Below the pieces are notes generated by a model. The model was not told where the DNA came from, did not search any database, and saw only the letters and a list, made by a program, of their open reading frames with translations. From an uncultured beta proteobacterium (GTDB lineage: Bacteria > Pseudomonadota > Gammaproteobacteria > Burkholderiales > SG8-41): a DNA stretch of 64,000 nt. A program made the translations under genes and the position numbers. The stretch covers positions 97,483 to 161,482 of the forward strand of contig CAWEHH010000030.1 of the NCBI GenBank assembly GCA_963808765.1. Direction: 5' to 3'. Of the stretch, positions 38,467-48,509 are shown piece by piece (the stretch's first letter is position 1; every line of letters starts with the position of its first letter).

Positions 38467-39665
38467 AGACGGCCTCACGAGCCTGGAGCTTGTCCGCGAG
38501 CCAGTCCGCCATCACGTCGCACACGGCGGTGAGGTAGTCGCGCTGGCAGTGCTGCGCGCCGCCTTCCTCGGGCGTGAAGACGCGGAAGGTCTTGTCTTCC
38601 GAGCCGACGGCATCGAAGAGCTTCTGCGCGTCCGACATCGGGACCTGCTTGTCTTCGGTGCCGTGCGTGAGCAGAAACGGGCACTTCATCTTCTGCACGA
38701 TGCCGTCCAGCCTGAAGGCTTCGAGCTTCGCGAGCGCCTGCTCGAACGTCTCCACACCGAATACCCACTTCACGTGATCAGCGGGAACCGGCAGCGCGAC
38801 CGGCTTGCCCTCCTTCATTGCGGCTATCCGCTTCACCCACAACGCATGCACGTCCCACTGCGCGCCCCAGGCGATGCACGCGGCGAAGCGATGATCGAGC
38901 GCGGCACAGCGCGGTGCATAGTAGCCGCCGAGACTCAACGCGACGACCGCCACGCGATCGCTGTCGACGTCGGCACGCGTGGCGAGATAATCGAGGCACG
39001 CGCTGCCTGCGAGCTCGTAGTCGTGATGCAGGTGGATATTGCGGAAGCGGATCGACTCGCCCATCCCGGGGCCGTCGACCAGCAAGACCGAGAAGCCGCG
39101 GCGCGCGAGATCGCCGACGCCCCGCAGGTACTGCAGCTCTTTCTGGGTGTCGAAGCCACCGAAGCGCACGACGCAGGGCGCGCGCGGCCCCTTCTTCCAC
39201 TCCGCGTGGACGAAGATAGGCGGGAAGCCTGCCGTGCTCGTAGGCAATCTCCACTTTCTCGATGCGCGGACGATCGGTGAGCTTCATGTAATTATCGAAG
39301 CACTCGAGCGAGCGCCGGAACGTGTCCATCGCCGCTGCGTCCTTCGGATGCCGGAAGTGCTCGGCGTGCTGATACTGGGCACACGCACGCAGGTAACGCG
39401 ACGCCGCCGTGAAGCGATGTCGTGCGCCCTCCGCTTCCGCCGCACGCCGGCGCATCAGGTCTCCGCCTGCCGTCCACGCACGGAACCAGGCGTCGTCATC
39501 GCCGACGCAGGACTTCAACTGCCTGCCGATGCGATCGATCTCGCTGATATCCGGCTCCTCCGTAAGGCGCGGTGCCAGCATGGCGAGCATCTCCGCGGAC
39601 CAGCGGTAGTGCGTCGGGAAATACATGAAGTAGTTCGGCTGCTCGGCAGCAGGACTCGTTGTCAT
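38453..39665 (-). pseudogene. alpha/beta hydrolase with an N-terminal helical domain (DLH/S9-like), one frame break
   Basis: N-terminal NYFMYFPTHYRW...IEKVEIAYE. The next frame gives FPPIFVHAE..VVRFGGFD..ALSLGGYYA (nucleophile elbow)..LLTHGTEDKQVP. Break at ~39238-39245. The ATG overlaps the patatin stop (ATGA). Confidence 0.75.
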
Positions 39666-42636
39666 GCTCGCTCCTTCTCTTCTTTGCGCCTGAACAGGCC
39701 GCGCGCTTTGCCTGCGGCCTTCTCGGCCTGAACGCGCTTGGCGTAGGCCGCGACCTTCTGCTCATAAGCCGCCAGTGCCGGCTCGTCGGGCCACCCCGTG
39801 TTGCCGCCTGCCGCCGGCTTCCAGAGCTTCGCGATCGTATGCCAGCCCAGGAGCCGGTAGCTTTCGAACTGCGCTTCGTCGAAGAACTGATCGCCCGTGG
39901 ACTGGTGGGGAAACGGGCTCTTCGGATCGCGCGAGCGGCTCTCCTGCGCGTAGTGCATCACGTCGAGCGGTTCATCGCCGCAGAGAGTCGGTTTCACGTA
40001 GTAGACAACGCCCGGCGCACCGTCGTGATATCCGATGTGGCCGATGATGCAGCGACGCGGTTTGTCGAGCGTCTCGGGTGCGAAGTCGATGGAGATGCCG
40101 AAATCGACACGGATCTTGCGCATCACGTCCTGCAGATCCTTGTAGGCGCATTGCGGATCGGAGGTCGCATCCACGACGAGGATGCGGCGGCAGCCCCGGC
40201 GCACCATCTCGTAGAGCCCCAGGTTGTCGAAGTGGCCGCCGTCGGACAAGTAGAGGTACGGCCGACGCTCGTTCGTCGCGCTGAGCGCCTCCCACAGGAG
40301 CGGCCGCAGCGCCCAGCGCGGTTCGCTCGCGGCGTTGGCGAAGGCCGCCATTCTCCCCGTGTATCCGGGATTGGGCAGCCACCATCCGAGGCGCACGTTG
40401 AACAGCGTCATCACGATCGCCACCGGCGCGGAAGAGTGATAGCCCATGTTCGACGAGGCGGCCGCACCCGATATCGCCATCGCACGGCCCAGGCTGATGC
40501 CCGAATAGTCGCGCGAAGGAAGAAAGCCGACCACGTTGCTGCCCGAATGGAGCGCCGACACCGTGAACGAGGCCGCCTTGCGCTGCTGCCATTCGAGGCG
40601 ACCGCCGGTGGCGGACACGAGGTTCAGCGCGATGTTGACGACATGCAGCAGGCGGCGAGTGCCGGCGGGCTTACCGTCCGCGCCAGTCAACCCGTGCACT
40701 GCGCCGCGAATCCGGCCCGTCTCGAGCTCGCCCATCGTCACGTTGTCCCCGAAGTCGAGACCCGTGAACCAGTGCTGCTCGCGTTTATTCGGATCGCGCG
40801 CCGCCCCGAAGTACGCACGAACGAGCCGGTTGCCGTACATGCTGTGCAGCGAAAAAGTGTTGACGCCAACGAATCCGGCCGTGACGGCCGACAACACGAG
40901 CAGCAGGGCGAATAACGTCAGCGGCCATGCAACGCCCGCGGCATTCATGCGGCGGGCATAGGCCTTGCCCCAGGACTCGTCCGCGGCGCGGTTCGCTTCC
41001 GTAGCGGGCGCGCCGAGCGGGATCGCGTCCGCGGACGCCCGCGCGTCCTTCCTTTCGATCGCGGGCGGAGACTTCTCTGCCATTCCTTCGCGGCGAATCT
41101 CCTGCACCGTCTCGAAGGCTTCGGGTGTATTCTGACGGCAAAATCGATCGCGAAGCAGAACGCGATCAGCACCGCGACGATGAATACGATCGCCGCCAGA
41201 TCGAGGAGCCGCAGTCCGATGGCGCCGGCGACGGTTTGCGCCCGATCGGTGATCTTCGCGCCGTTCTTCGTCCAGTAGCCGATCGCCGCGACGGCGATGC
41301 CCCACAGCCCGCCGGCAGCCGCCACCGATTTTTCTTTCCCGTCGAGCGCTTCGGCGATCAATTCGGGCACGCATATCACGAGACTGAAGCCGAGCAGCCA
41401 GCACAGTGAGAAGCGCAGCCACCACGCGCCCGATCGCGACCACCATTCGCGGTCGCCTTCGGAGGTCCAGTACTTCACGAGCGCCACGTACAAGGTCGTG
41501 GCGAGCCAGAAGGCAAGCAGCAGCACGGGCGCGGTCACGAGGGCGTGCAAGGCCGGTTCTCTCAAGGCCGGCACGACGTTCGGAAGCCATACGGCCAGCG
41601 CATAGACCAGCGCGCCGCCCGCCGCGCCGCTCAATGCGAGCAGTGCCGCATCCGTGAGAAACGCAAGACGCGGATGGCGCTCGGACTTCGGGCGTTCGCC
41701 GATCTTGCGGACCTTGCGCCAGATCATTCCTGCGACACAGCCGAGGACGTGCAGCACGACACCGGCGATCACATACTGTGGAAAACGATCCGCCTCACGC
41801 AGGACTGAATCGTGCCAACCGATGACGATGCCGAGGAGCGCGGCAGCCCCCGCGATCGGCAGGAAGCAGAACAGCGGAAACCGATCGCGCGGCTCGGGCA
41901 AGGGACGTTTGTCGCTCGGCAGATCCGCGACCACGTAAGCGAGGCCGATCACGATCAGCAGCCCGGCTGCGCCAATGAGCGTCCACTCCCAGGAGGGCGC
42001 CGGGGCCGAACCCGCCGTGATGCCGACATAGAGCCGCGGCAGCAGGACCACCGCGAACAGCAGCGGCAGCAGCACGAGCCAGTTGAGCAGCAGATTGCGG
42101 AAGAAGATCGAGACGAGAGTGAAAAAATCGGTGGAGAGTCCCCAGACCGGGCTGAGATAGTTGCTGTAAGCGCGCAGGCTGCGTACCTGGCGCGGCCCGC
42201 CGGATGGAGAGGGCGCAGCGGCATGTCCGTCCAGCGCGTCCTGCACGCGATCGAGATCGCCCTGCTCCTCGTGTATCCAGCGTGACAGCCAGCTTCCGAT
42301 ATATCCGCCGCCGGAAACAGTGGAGAGATAATGGAAGCGCGTGAGCGCGCGCACCTCCGCAAGTCCCTGGAGCACGCCGAGCCCGAACGTGGCGCTGCGG
42401 ATTCCGCCACCCGACAGACAGAGCGCCCACGGCTCGTCCGCGTCGGCCGACGGCGGCGAGGCGTTCGCATTCCCCGGATCGACCTCATCACCCGCGATCG
42501 ATTGGGCGTCCGCTCCCGATGCGGCCGTGTAGATATCCGGGTTGATCGTGTCGGACAACCCGAGGAACCGGCGTTCCGCCCGGATCACGTCCTGGATGTC
42601 GATAGGATCAGGCAGCTTCCCTTCTGCTTCGGCCAT
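39662..42636 (-). pseudogene. patatin-like/cPLA2-like phospholipase (~990 aa) with a central multi-TM insertion, one frame break
   Basis: LCLSGGGIRSATFG (oxyanion hole) and YLSTVSGGGY (nucleophile) are in ORF 40945-42636. YLSDGGHFDNLG (catalytic Asp) is in ORF 39662-41590. About 10 hydrophobic helices lie between them. Frame change at ~41120-41140. Confidence 0.8.
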
Positions 42637-42659
42637 GAGCGTTCTCCCCTGAAGTCAGC

Positions 42660-42902
42660 GACAGCCTCCGCCGCGGCCTTGAACAGCTCCGCCTCGAGGT
42701 GCAGCCCGCTGCCGACGCCGCTCGACGCGTCGTTGAGTTGACCCCGACGCGATTTGCCGTAAGCGATCAGCTCCTGCACCGATTGAACCGGCAGCTTGGT
42801 CGCAGAGAAGAGAATGAAAGGCGAGCTTCCGACGAGCGACACCGGCGCGAGCTGCTTCGCGACATCGTAATCGAGCTTGCGGTAGAGGTACGGGTTGGTG
42901 AA
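42660..42902 (-). pseudogene. Bug-family gene fragment (central ~80 codons only)
   Basis: EFTNPYLYRKLDYDVAKQLAPVSLVGSSPFILFSATKLPVQSVQELIAYGKSRRGQLNDASSGVGSGLHLEAELFKAAA. Both ends are missing; it abuts the ABM stop and the patatin start. Confidence 0.6.
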
Positions 42903-42905
42903 CTC

Positions 42906-43208
42906 CTAAATGCAGTCGTTCGTGATCGCCTCGAAGTGCTCGGCCTGCGGCGGGTTCGCCCAGAACTTGCCGATGAGATCGCGGAACTGCTGGCGCTTGG
43001 GCGTCTGGCGGAAGTTCTTCTCGTGCGCTTCGACGCTCTCCCAGCGGATCATGTAGAAGTACTTCCCCGGCGTCTCGATGCAGCGCTGCATCTCGTGCGA
43101 GATATAACCTTCGCAGCTCGCGCTGATCGCCGCCGCCTGCGGGAATACGGTCTCGAACTCCTTCATCGATTCGGGCTTCACGGTCATGATTGCGACTTCG
43201 AGAATCAT
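42906..43208 (-). CDS. antibiotic biosynthesis monooxygenase (ABM) domain protein
   Basis: 100 aa. AAGGAG lies 7 nt before the ATG. Ferredoxin-like pattern EVAIMTVKPESMKEFE..YMIRWESVEAH. Confidence 0.75.
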   Translation of the reverse strand: MILEVAIMTVKPESMKEFETVFPQAAAISASCEGYISHEMQRCIETPGKYFYMIRWESVEAHEKNFRQTPKRQQFRDLIGKFWANPPQAEHFEAITNDCI

Positions 43209-43260
43209 CGTTGCGCTCCTTCGGTGTGGCGCCGGGCGTGGGGCCGCGGGGCTGGAGTGG

Positions 43261-44034
43261 TCAGCTGATCGTCACTGCGCCGTCGAGCAGCAGCGTGTGG
43301 CCGGTCACGTATGCGGCGCCCGGACTGGCGAGCCAGCGCACCGCTTCCGCGACATCTTCCATCGTGCAGAAACGTTTGATGGGGATCTGGGCAAGCGCCG
43401 CTTCGACGTACTTCGGATCGGCGGAGTTCTTCGCGCGGCTCGGCGATTTCGTGTCGACGCGTCCCGGCGCGACCGAATTCACGCGGATGCCGTGAGACGC
43501 CCACTCGACCGACAGCATGCGCGTCATGTGGTCGATCGCCGCCTTCGAGACGCCGTAAGCAACGCGTCCGGGCCGCGTGTTGACGAATCCGTGCGCGGAA
43601 GTGATGTTGATGATGAGCCCCGGGCGCTTCGCTTCGATGAGCCTACGCGCGAACGTCTGGGTCATGAAGAACGTGCCGTCGATGTTCGTGTTCATCACGT
43701 CGTCCCATTCGGGCGGCGTGATGTCGAGCGTCGGCTTCTGAAGCGGGACGCCGGCGTTGTTGACGAGCACGTCGAGGCTGCCGAAGTGATCGAACACCGC
43801 GGCGAACGCGGCCTCGATGCTTTCGAGGGAGCGGATGTCGACACTGACGCGCAGCGTGCGAGCGCCGGCCGCCTCCAGCTTCCGGTACGTCTCCGAGAGG
43901 CGCTGCGGATCACGCGCCGAGACCGCGAGGTCGAAACCGTCGCGCGCGAGCGCGAGCGCCGTCGCCGCGCCAATGCCGAATGCGGCGCCGGTGACGAACA
44001 CTGTTCGGCGGTTTGCAGCGTCTTGCTTCTCCAT
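43261..44034 (-). CDS. SDR family oxidoreductase
   Basis: Contains VFVTGAAFGIG, NNAG, YGVSKAA and PGRVDT. Confidence 0.85.
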   Translation of the reverse strand: MEKQDAANRRTVFVTGAAFGIGAATALALARDGFDLAVSARDPQRLSETYRKLEAAGARTLRVSVDIRSLESIEAAFAAVFDHFGSLDVLVNNAGVPLQKPTLDITPPEWDDVMNTNIDGTFFMTQTFARRLIEAKRPGLIINITSAHGFVNTRPGRVAYGVSKAAIDHMTRMLSVEWASHGIRVNSVAPGRVDTKSPSRAKNSADPKYVEAALAQIPIKRFCTMEDVAEAVRWLASPGAAYVTGHTLLLDGAVTIS

Positions 44035-44076
44035 CCTCCGTCCTTCGTTATGCTTGATTTCCCCCAACCCCTTTTT

Positions 44077-44137
44077 CCTCACCCACAGGGAGGGGAAACC
44101 TGCCCTTCTCCCCGTGGGAGAAGGGTCAGGGATGGAG
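44077..44137. repeat. GC-rich hairpin repeat, family 2
   Basis: cctcaccc..CCCTTCTCCCcgtGGGAGAAGGGtcagggatggag, with a perfect 10-bp stem at 44103-44125. Confidence 0.7.
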
Positions 44138-44142
44138 AGTTC

Positions 44143-45057
44143 TCACCACCCCCGCGGTTCGGCGCGGAGCACGTCCAGGCGCTCCAGCTCCGCCGCGAAA
44201 CCACTCCTCCCCTCCTCCTTCAATCCTTCCATCGGCGGGCGCGGCTCGCCCACGTCGCGGCCCATCGCGCGATGCGCAGACTTGAGCGCGCCGAATCCGT
44301 AGCGCTTCAGCGTCTGATACAACACCGCCGTGGCTTCCTGCGCTTTCCGCGCTTCGAAGTACTGCTCCGTGCGGCAGATGTCGTAGAGCCGCTTCACGAG
44401 CACCGGCGCGACACCCGCGAGCGCCGAGATCATCCCCGTCGCGCCGTTCGCGCCGGCCGAGATCATGTACTCCGTTCCGCAGATCAACTGAAAATCGGCG
44501 CGCACGCGTTGCGCGTTCGAGAGCACGTTGATCTGCCACTGCCAGTCGTTGCTGCTGTCGACGACGCCCGCGAAATTCGGGCGCTTGTCGATCAGCTTGA
44601 GCACGGTGTCGGTCCCGATCTTGGGCCCCGCCATATCCTCGGGCGCGTGCCACGCGAACACCGGCAGCTTGGTCGCCTTGCACACTTCGTCGAGGTGCTC
44701 GACGAGCATGTTGGCGGGCGGCGTCCAGTAATAGGGCGTCGTCACGATCACGCCCGCGGCGCCGGCCTGTTCGGCATGCTGCGCGCGCGACGCGGCGATC
44801 GAGGTTCCGGAGTCGCTCACGTGCGCGATGACGGGCACCTTGCCGCCCACGCGATTCACTACGAAGGAAACCAGTTTGCGTTGTTCCTCGTCGGTGAGGC
44901 TCACCGATTCCCCGACGTGCAGCGGCAGAGCGAGACCTTCCGCGCCGTGCTTCAGGTGAAAATCGATGAGCTTCCCGTAGAGCTGCCAGTCGACCGCGTT
45001 GTCGCGGTTGAACGTCGTGACGGGCGTGTGCAGGAGGCCGGGTCTTAGCGTTGACAT
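44143..45057 (-). CDS. dihydrodipicolinate synthase/N-acetylneuraminate lyase family (class I aldolase) protein
   Basis: 304 aa: LLHTPVTTF, GESVSLT, VIAHV, TTPYYW. Confidence 0.85.
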   Translation of the reverse strand: MSTLRPGLLHTPVTTFNRDNAVDWQLYGKLIDFHLKHGAEGLALPLHVGESVSLTDEEQRKLVSFVVNRVGGKVPVIAHVSDSGTSIAASRAQHAEQAGAAGVIVTTPYYWTPPANMLVEHLDEVCKATKLPVFAWHAPEDMAGPKIGTDTVLKLIDKRPNFAGVVDSSNDWQWQINVLSNAQRVRADFQLICGTEYMISAGANGATGMISALAGVAPVLVKRLYDICRTEQYFEARKAQEATAVLYQTLKRYGFGALKSAHRAMGRDVGEPRPPMEGLKEEGRSGFAAELERLDVLRAEPRGW

Positions 45058-45096
45058 AGTGGATCTCGTAATCGATGAATGGATCTCGATGGATGC

Positions 45097-46011
45097 CTAC
45101 CAGCCGTGCGGCTCGGTCGCGAAGATGCCGAGCTCGTCCAGTTGCTTGCCGATGTAGTCGATGCGCTCCTTGCTCGCAGTCGGCAGCGGCGGGCGCGTCG
45201 GTCCGACCGGACGGCCCATCAGCACCATCCCGCCCTTGAGCGACGACGGATACTGATCGCGGAAGAGATCCCACAGGCGTGCCAGCTTGAACTGAAGCTC
45301 GCGCGCTTTAACCGCGTTGCCGGAAGCGCACGCTTCGTAAAGCGACGTGCACAGATTCGGACAGATCGCGCCGGCCGAGGAGTACGAACCCTTGCCGCCC
45401 ATCGGAATCGCGGGCGCCAGAAACTCGACGCCGGAAATGAGAGAGAACTCTGGACGCAGCGCCAGTGCCACGCGCGCGATCTCCAGATACTTCTCGCTGT
45501 TGAAGCTCGCCTCCTTCATCGCGATAAAGTTCGGCAGCCGCTCGATCAGCCGGCGCGTGAGCTCCGCGTCGAACTCGACGCCGTCGAGATAGCTCGGCGA
45601 GTTGTAGGCGATCAGCGGCAGATCGGTCGTCGTGCCGAGCTTCACGAAGTAGTCGTGGAGCGACTCCTTCGTGTACTTCCAGAAGTAGGGCGTGATCGCG
45701 ATGATCGCGTCGGCGCCGATCTTCTTCGCGTGCTTCGCGAGCTCGATCGAGTCTTCGATGGCGAGCGCGCTCACGTGAATCGACACGGGCACGCGCTTGT
45801 TGACCACCTTCACCGCAACTTCGGCGAACGCCTTGCGCTCCGGAATCGTCAGGTTGAGCGATTCGCCCTTGTGGTGCGGCCACGAGATGGCGGTCGCGCC
45901 GGTGCGCACGTGGAAATCGAGCAGCTTTTCGAACGTCGCGAGGTCGGGACTGAAGTCCTCCTCGAGCGGCGTTACGGGGCTTTGCATCACGCCCTTGAGA
46001 ACGAGAGACAT
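45097..46011 (-). CDS. dihydrodipicolinate synthase family protein (second paralog)
   Basis: GGAG lies 5 nt before ATG 46011. Contains SPVTPL, GESLNLT, ITPYFW, YNSP and a C-terminal EPHGW like its neighbour (EPRGW). Confidence 0.85.
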   Translation of the reverse strand: MSLVLKGVMQSPVTPLEEDFSPDLATFEKLLDFHVRTGATAISWPHHKGESLNLTIPERKAFAEVAVKVVNKRVPVSIHVSALAIEDSIELAKHAKKIGADAIIAITPYFWKYTKESLHDYFVKLGTTTDLPLIAYNSPSYLDGVEFDAELTRRLIERLPNFIAMKEASFNSEKYLEIARVALALRPEFSLISGVEFLAPAIPMGGKGSYSSAGAICPNLCTSLYEACASGNAVKARELQFKLARLWDLFRDQYPSSLKGGMVLMGRPVGPTRPPLPTASKERIDYIGKQLDELGIFATEPHGW

Positions 46012-46028
46012 GGTCACTCCAGATGTCA

Positions 46029-46152
46029 GGTGCGGCGCTCGCCTCCGGCTCGGGCCTCGCCGCGGGAACAGAGGAAAACCAAGGTTTTCCTCCGTAACCT
46101 CCTTTCCTTTGGCCAAGCCGGGTGCGGCGCTCGCCTCCGGCTCGGGCCTCGC
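46029..46152. repeat. perfect 32-bp direct repeat pair flanking a 22-bp palindrome
   Basis: ggtgcggcgctcgcctccggctcgggcctcgc occurs at 46029-46060 and 46121-46152. The palindrome gaggaaaacc-aa-ggttttcctc is at 46071-46092. Confidence 0.8.
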
Positions 46153-46154
46153 TG

Positions 46155-46262
46155 CCCTTCGGAACCCCGCATGTTCTGCTCGAGGCCCCGTACATATTGA
46201 TGGAAATGCTAACGGACGCCGGAAGGCTTCGTTCGCGGGGCCCCGCTGCTTCGCAGCCCCAC
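46155..46262 (+). repeat. diverged copy of repeat family 3
   Basis: ctcgaggccccgtacatattgatggaaatgctaacggacgccggaaggcttcgttcgcgg aligns with the cores at 47400 and 48525. Confidence 0.45.
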
Positions 46263-46275
46263 TCACGATAACGGG

Positions 46276-47361
46276 GTGGTCCTAAGCAAAGGTGTTCCAA
46301 TTCTAGGTGATCGCGGTTGGAGCAGGCAGCCGAGGGCGGATAGAATCACTGTTAATCCACACGTTGAGAATCGAGGGCTTCCCATCGACCGTCTGCACGG
46401 AATACTGGTGTTCCTGCGCGTCGTCGAGAGCGGCAGCCTGAGCGCGACCGCGCGCACGCTCGGCGTTTCGACCTCCGCGGTGAGTGCCGCGCTCGCGCGC
46501 CTCGAGCGCAAGCTTGCGGTGCGGCTGCTCGATCGCACGACACGGCGTTTGAGCCCCACCGCGGAAGGCGCCGAGTTCTACGCGCGCTGCAAGCAGATCA
46601 CGGCGGACCTCGAGGAAGCGGAGTTGATCGTCGGACGCGCCGGCCGGGTCCCGAGCGGACGCCTGCGTGTGGGCATGCCTTCCGCGCTCTCGGCGATGTG
46701 GATCGTGCCGCGGCTTCCGGATTTCACGCGCGCCTATCCCTCGGTTTCGCTGGAAGTCGTGTGCAGCGATTTCGTGCCGTCAACGATCGCTGAGGGCGTC
46801 GACGTTTCAGTGCAGGTGGGCGAGCTCCACGCGTCGAGCTTGAGTGTGCGAAGGCTCGCTTCGGTGCGCTACGTCGTGTGCGCCGCGCCGAGTTACCTCG
46901 CGATCCACGGTCAGCCGCTCACGCCGGACGACCTGAGGTCGCACACGTGTCTCGAGTATCGCCGGCCGCGCAACGGCCGTATCCGCGACTGGCGTTTCGC
47001 CGAGAAGGGCGAGGTTCACGAGATCACGGTGACCGGTGCGATGACGTTCAACAGCGGCGAGGCGCTCGTCGCGGCGGCTGCAGCCGGACTCGGCGTGATC
47101 CAGGTCGCCGAGTACTACGCGTGGCCGCTCATCGACAGCGGGCGGCTGGTGGAGCTCCTGAGCGACTTCAAGACGGAAGGCCACGACATCTCCGTCGTGT
47201 TCCCGCAGCAGAAGCGCGTCGCGCCGAAGCTTCGCGTCTTCGTGGATTTTCTCGTGGCGCTGTTCGATCCACCGCCGTGGAAGCGCATGCCGGCGGCGAT
47301 CAAGACGCACAAGACGGCGCCGGTTCGAAGCGGCGAACGGGCGGCGTCGCGGGTGGCGTAA
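46276..47361 (+). CDS. LysR family transcriptional regulator
   Basis: HTH LHGILVFLRVVESGSLSATARTLGVSTSAVSAALARLE, then a LysR substrate-binding domain. The start is uncertain (GTG 46276 adds about 30 extra residues). Confidence 0.85.
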   Translation: MVLSKGVPILGDRGWSRQPRADRITVNPHVENRGLPIDRLHGILVFLRVVESGSLSATARTLGVSTSAVSAALARLERKLAVRLLDRTTRRLSPTAEGAEFYARCKQITADLEEAELIVGRAGRVPSGRLRVGMPSALSAMWIVPRLPDFTRAYPSVSLEVVCSDFVPSTIAEGVDVSVQVGELHASSLSVRRLASVRYVVCAAPSYLAIHGQPLTPDDLRSHTCLEYRRPRNGRIRDWRFAEKGEVHEITVTGAMTFNSGEALVAAAAAGLGVIQVAEYYAWPLIDSGRLVELLSDFKTEGHDISVVFPQQKRVAPKLRVFVDFLVALFDPPPWKRMPAAIKTHKTAPVRSGERAASRVA

Positions 47362-47384
47362 GCAGGCGTTGCACGCCACCCCGC

Positions 47385-47490
47385 CTTCTACCTTAGGCCT
47401 CGCACGCTCGGACGAGAGTGCTAACTGGCGCTCGAATGCTACGCTCGCGGCGACAGGCTCTCCGAGCCGCGCCGCTCGCCGATACACGTT
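47385..47490 (+). repeat. repeat family 3 copy
   Basis: ccttaggcctcgcacgctcggacgagagtgctaactggcgctcgaatgctacgctcgcggcgacaggctctccgagccgcgccgctcgcc. Confidence 0.75.
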
Positions 47491-47507
47491 CCTTCTAACG
47501 TACGGTA

Positions 47508-48488
47508 TCACTCCGGCTGCACTTTCGCGACGCGCATATGCTCCGCCGTCTCGGCGAAGTACTTCTTCAGGAACGCACGGAACTCCGCCGGAGTGTTGGC
47601 AACGATCACGTAGCCGCCCGCCTCGTAGAACTCGCGGATCTTGGGATTCTGCGTCGCTTTCGCAACGTCGCTCTGGATGCGCGAGACGATTGCGGGCGGC
47701 GTCCCGGCCGGAGCGAACATGCCGTGCCACGCGGCCTCGAACGCAAAGCCGGGCACCGTCTCACCGACTGTCGGTACTTCCGGCATCACAGTCCAGCGCT
47801 TCGCACCCGTGTAGGCGAGCACTTTCATCCGCCCCGCCTTGATGTGCTGGATCACCGTTGTCGGTGGAGCGAACGCCACCTGCACTTCGTTGCCCAGCAC
47901 GCCCGTGATGATGAGCGGCAGGCCCTTGTATGGCACGTGCATGAGCGCGGCACCCGAGCGATTGTTGAAGATCTCGCCGAGCAGATGCTGACTGTTGCCG
48001 ACGCCGCCGGAACCGTAGCGCACGGGCGGCTGCGCTTTCTTCGAAAGCTCGATCAGCTCTTTCAGCGATTGCACGGGCAACTGAGCGTTCGCGATGATCA
48101 GATAGCCCGGCAGCGTCGCGACGTTGGTGATCGGCGCGAAGTCGCGCATCACGTCGAACGGAAGCTTCTTGTACGCGAGCTGATTATTGGCAAACGAGTT
48201 CGACGTATAGAGCATCGTGTGGCCGTCAGGCGCCGCGCGGGCAACCGTCTCGCCGGCGATAATGCCGTTCGCGCCGCCACGGTTCTCGATCACGATGTTC
48301 TGCCCGAGCAGCTTCGTGAGAGGCTCGCTCAGCGCGCGCACGTTCGTGTCCTGACTGCCGCCCGGCGGCTGCGGCACGACGATGCGCACGGCGCGGATCG
48401 GATAGGGCTGCGCCCATGCGGAAGACGTGACGATCGCGAGCAGAGCGCAGGTCGCGAATACATGCAGCATCGACTTCGAGTCATGCAT
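47508..48488 (-). CDS. Bug/TctC family substrate-binding protein
   Basis: Start at MHDSKSM (48488). Signal peptide, YPIRAVRIVVPQPPGGSQD and VIENRGGANG. The ORF-track N-extension reads through repeat family 3. Confidence 0.9.
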   Translation of the reverse strand: MHDSKSMLHVFATCALLAIVTSSAWAQPYPIRAVRIVVPQPPGGSQDTNVRALSEPLTKLLGQNIVIENRGGANGIIAGETVARAAPDGHTMLYTSNSFANNQLAYKKLPFDVMRDFAPITNVATLPGYLIIANAQLPVQSLKELIELSKKAQPPVRYGSGGVGNSQHLLGEIFNNRSGAALMHVPYKGLPLIITGVLGNEVQVAFAPPTTVIQHIKAGRMKVLAYTGAKRWTVMPEVPTVGETVPGFAFEAAWHGMFAPAGTPPAIVSRIQSDVAKATQNPKIREFYEAGGYVIVANTPAEFRAFLKKYFAETAEHMRVAKVQPE

Positions 48489-48509
48489 CGGCTGGGGCTG
48501 TTTCGTTTT

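Noticed and set aside
39662-42636. Treating ORFs 40945-42636 and 39662-41590 as two separate genes (a split patatin).
   Set aside because: The Ser-nucleophile half and the Asp half of one catalytic dyad would be on different polypeptides. The ORFs overlap by ~650 nt, and sense is lost in each exactly where the other gains it (~41130). A single frame break explains this better.
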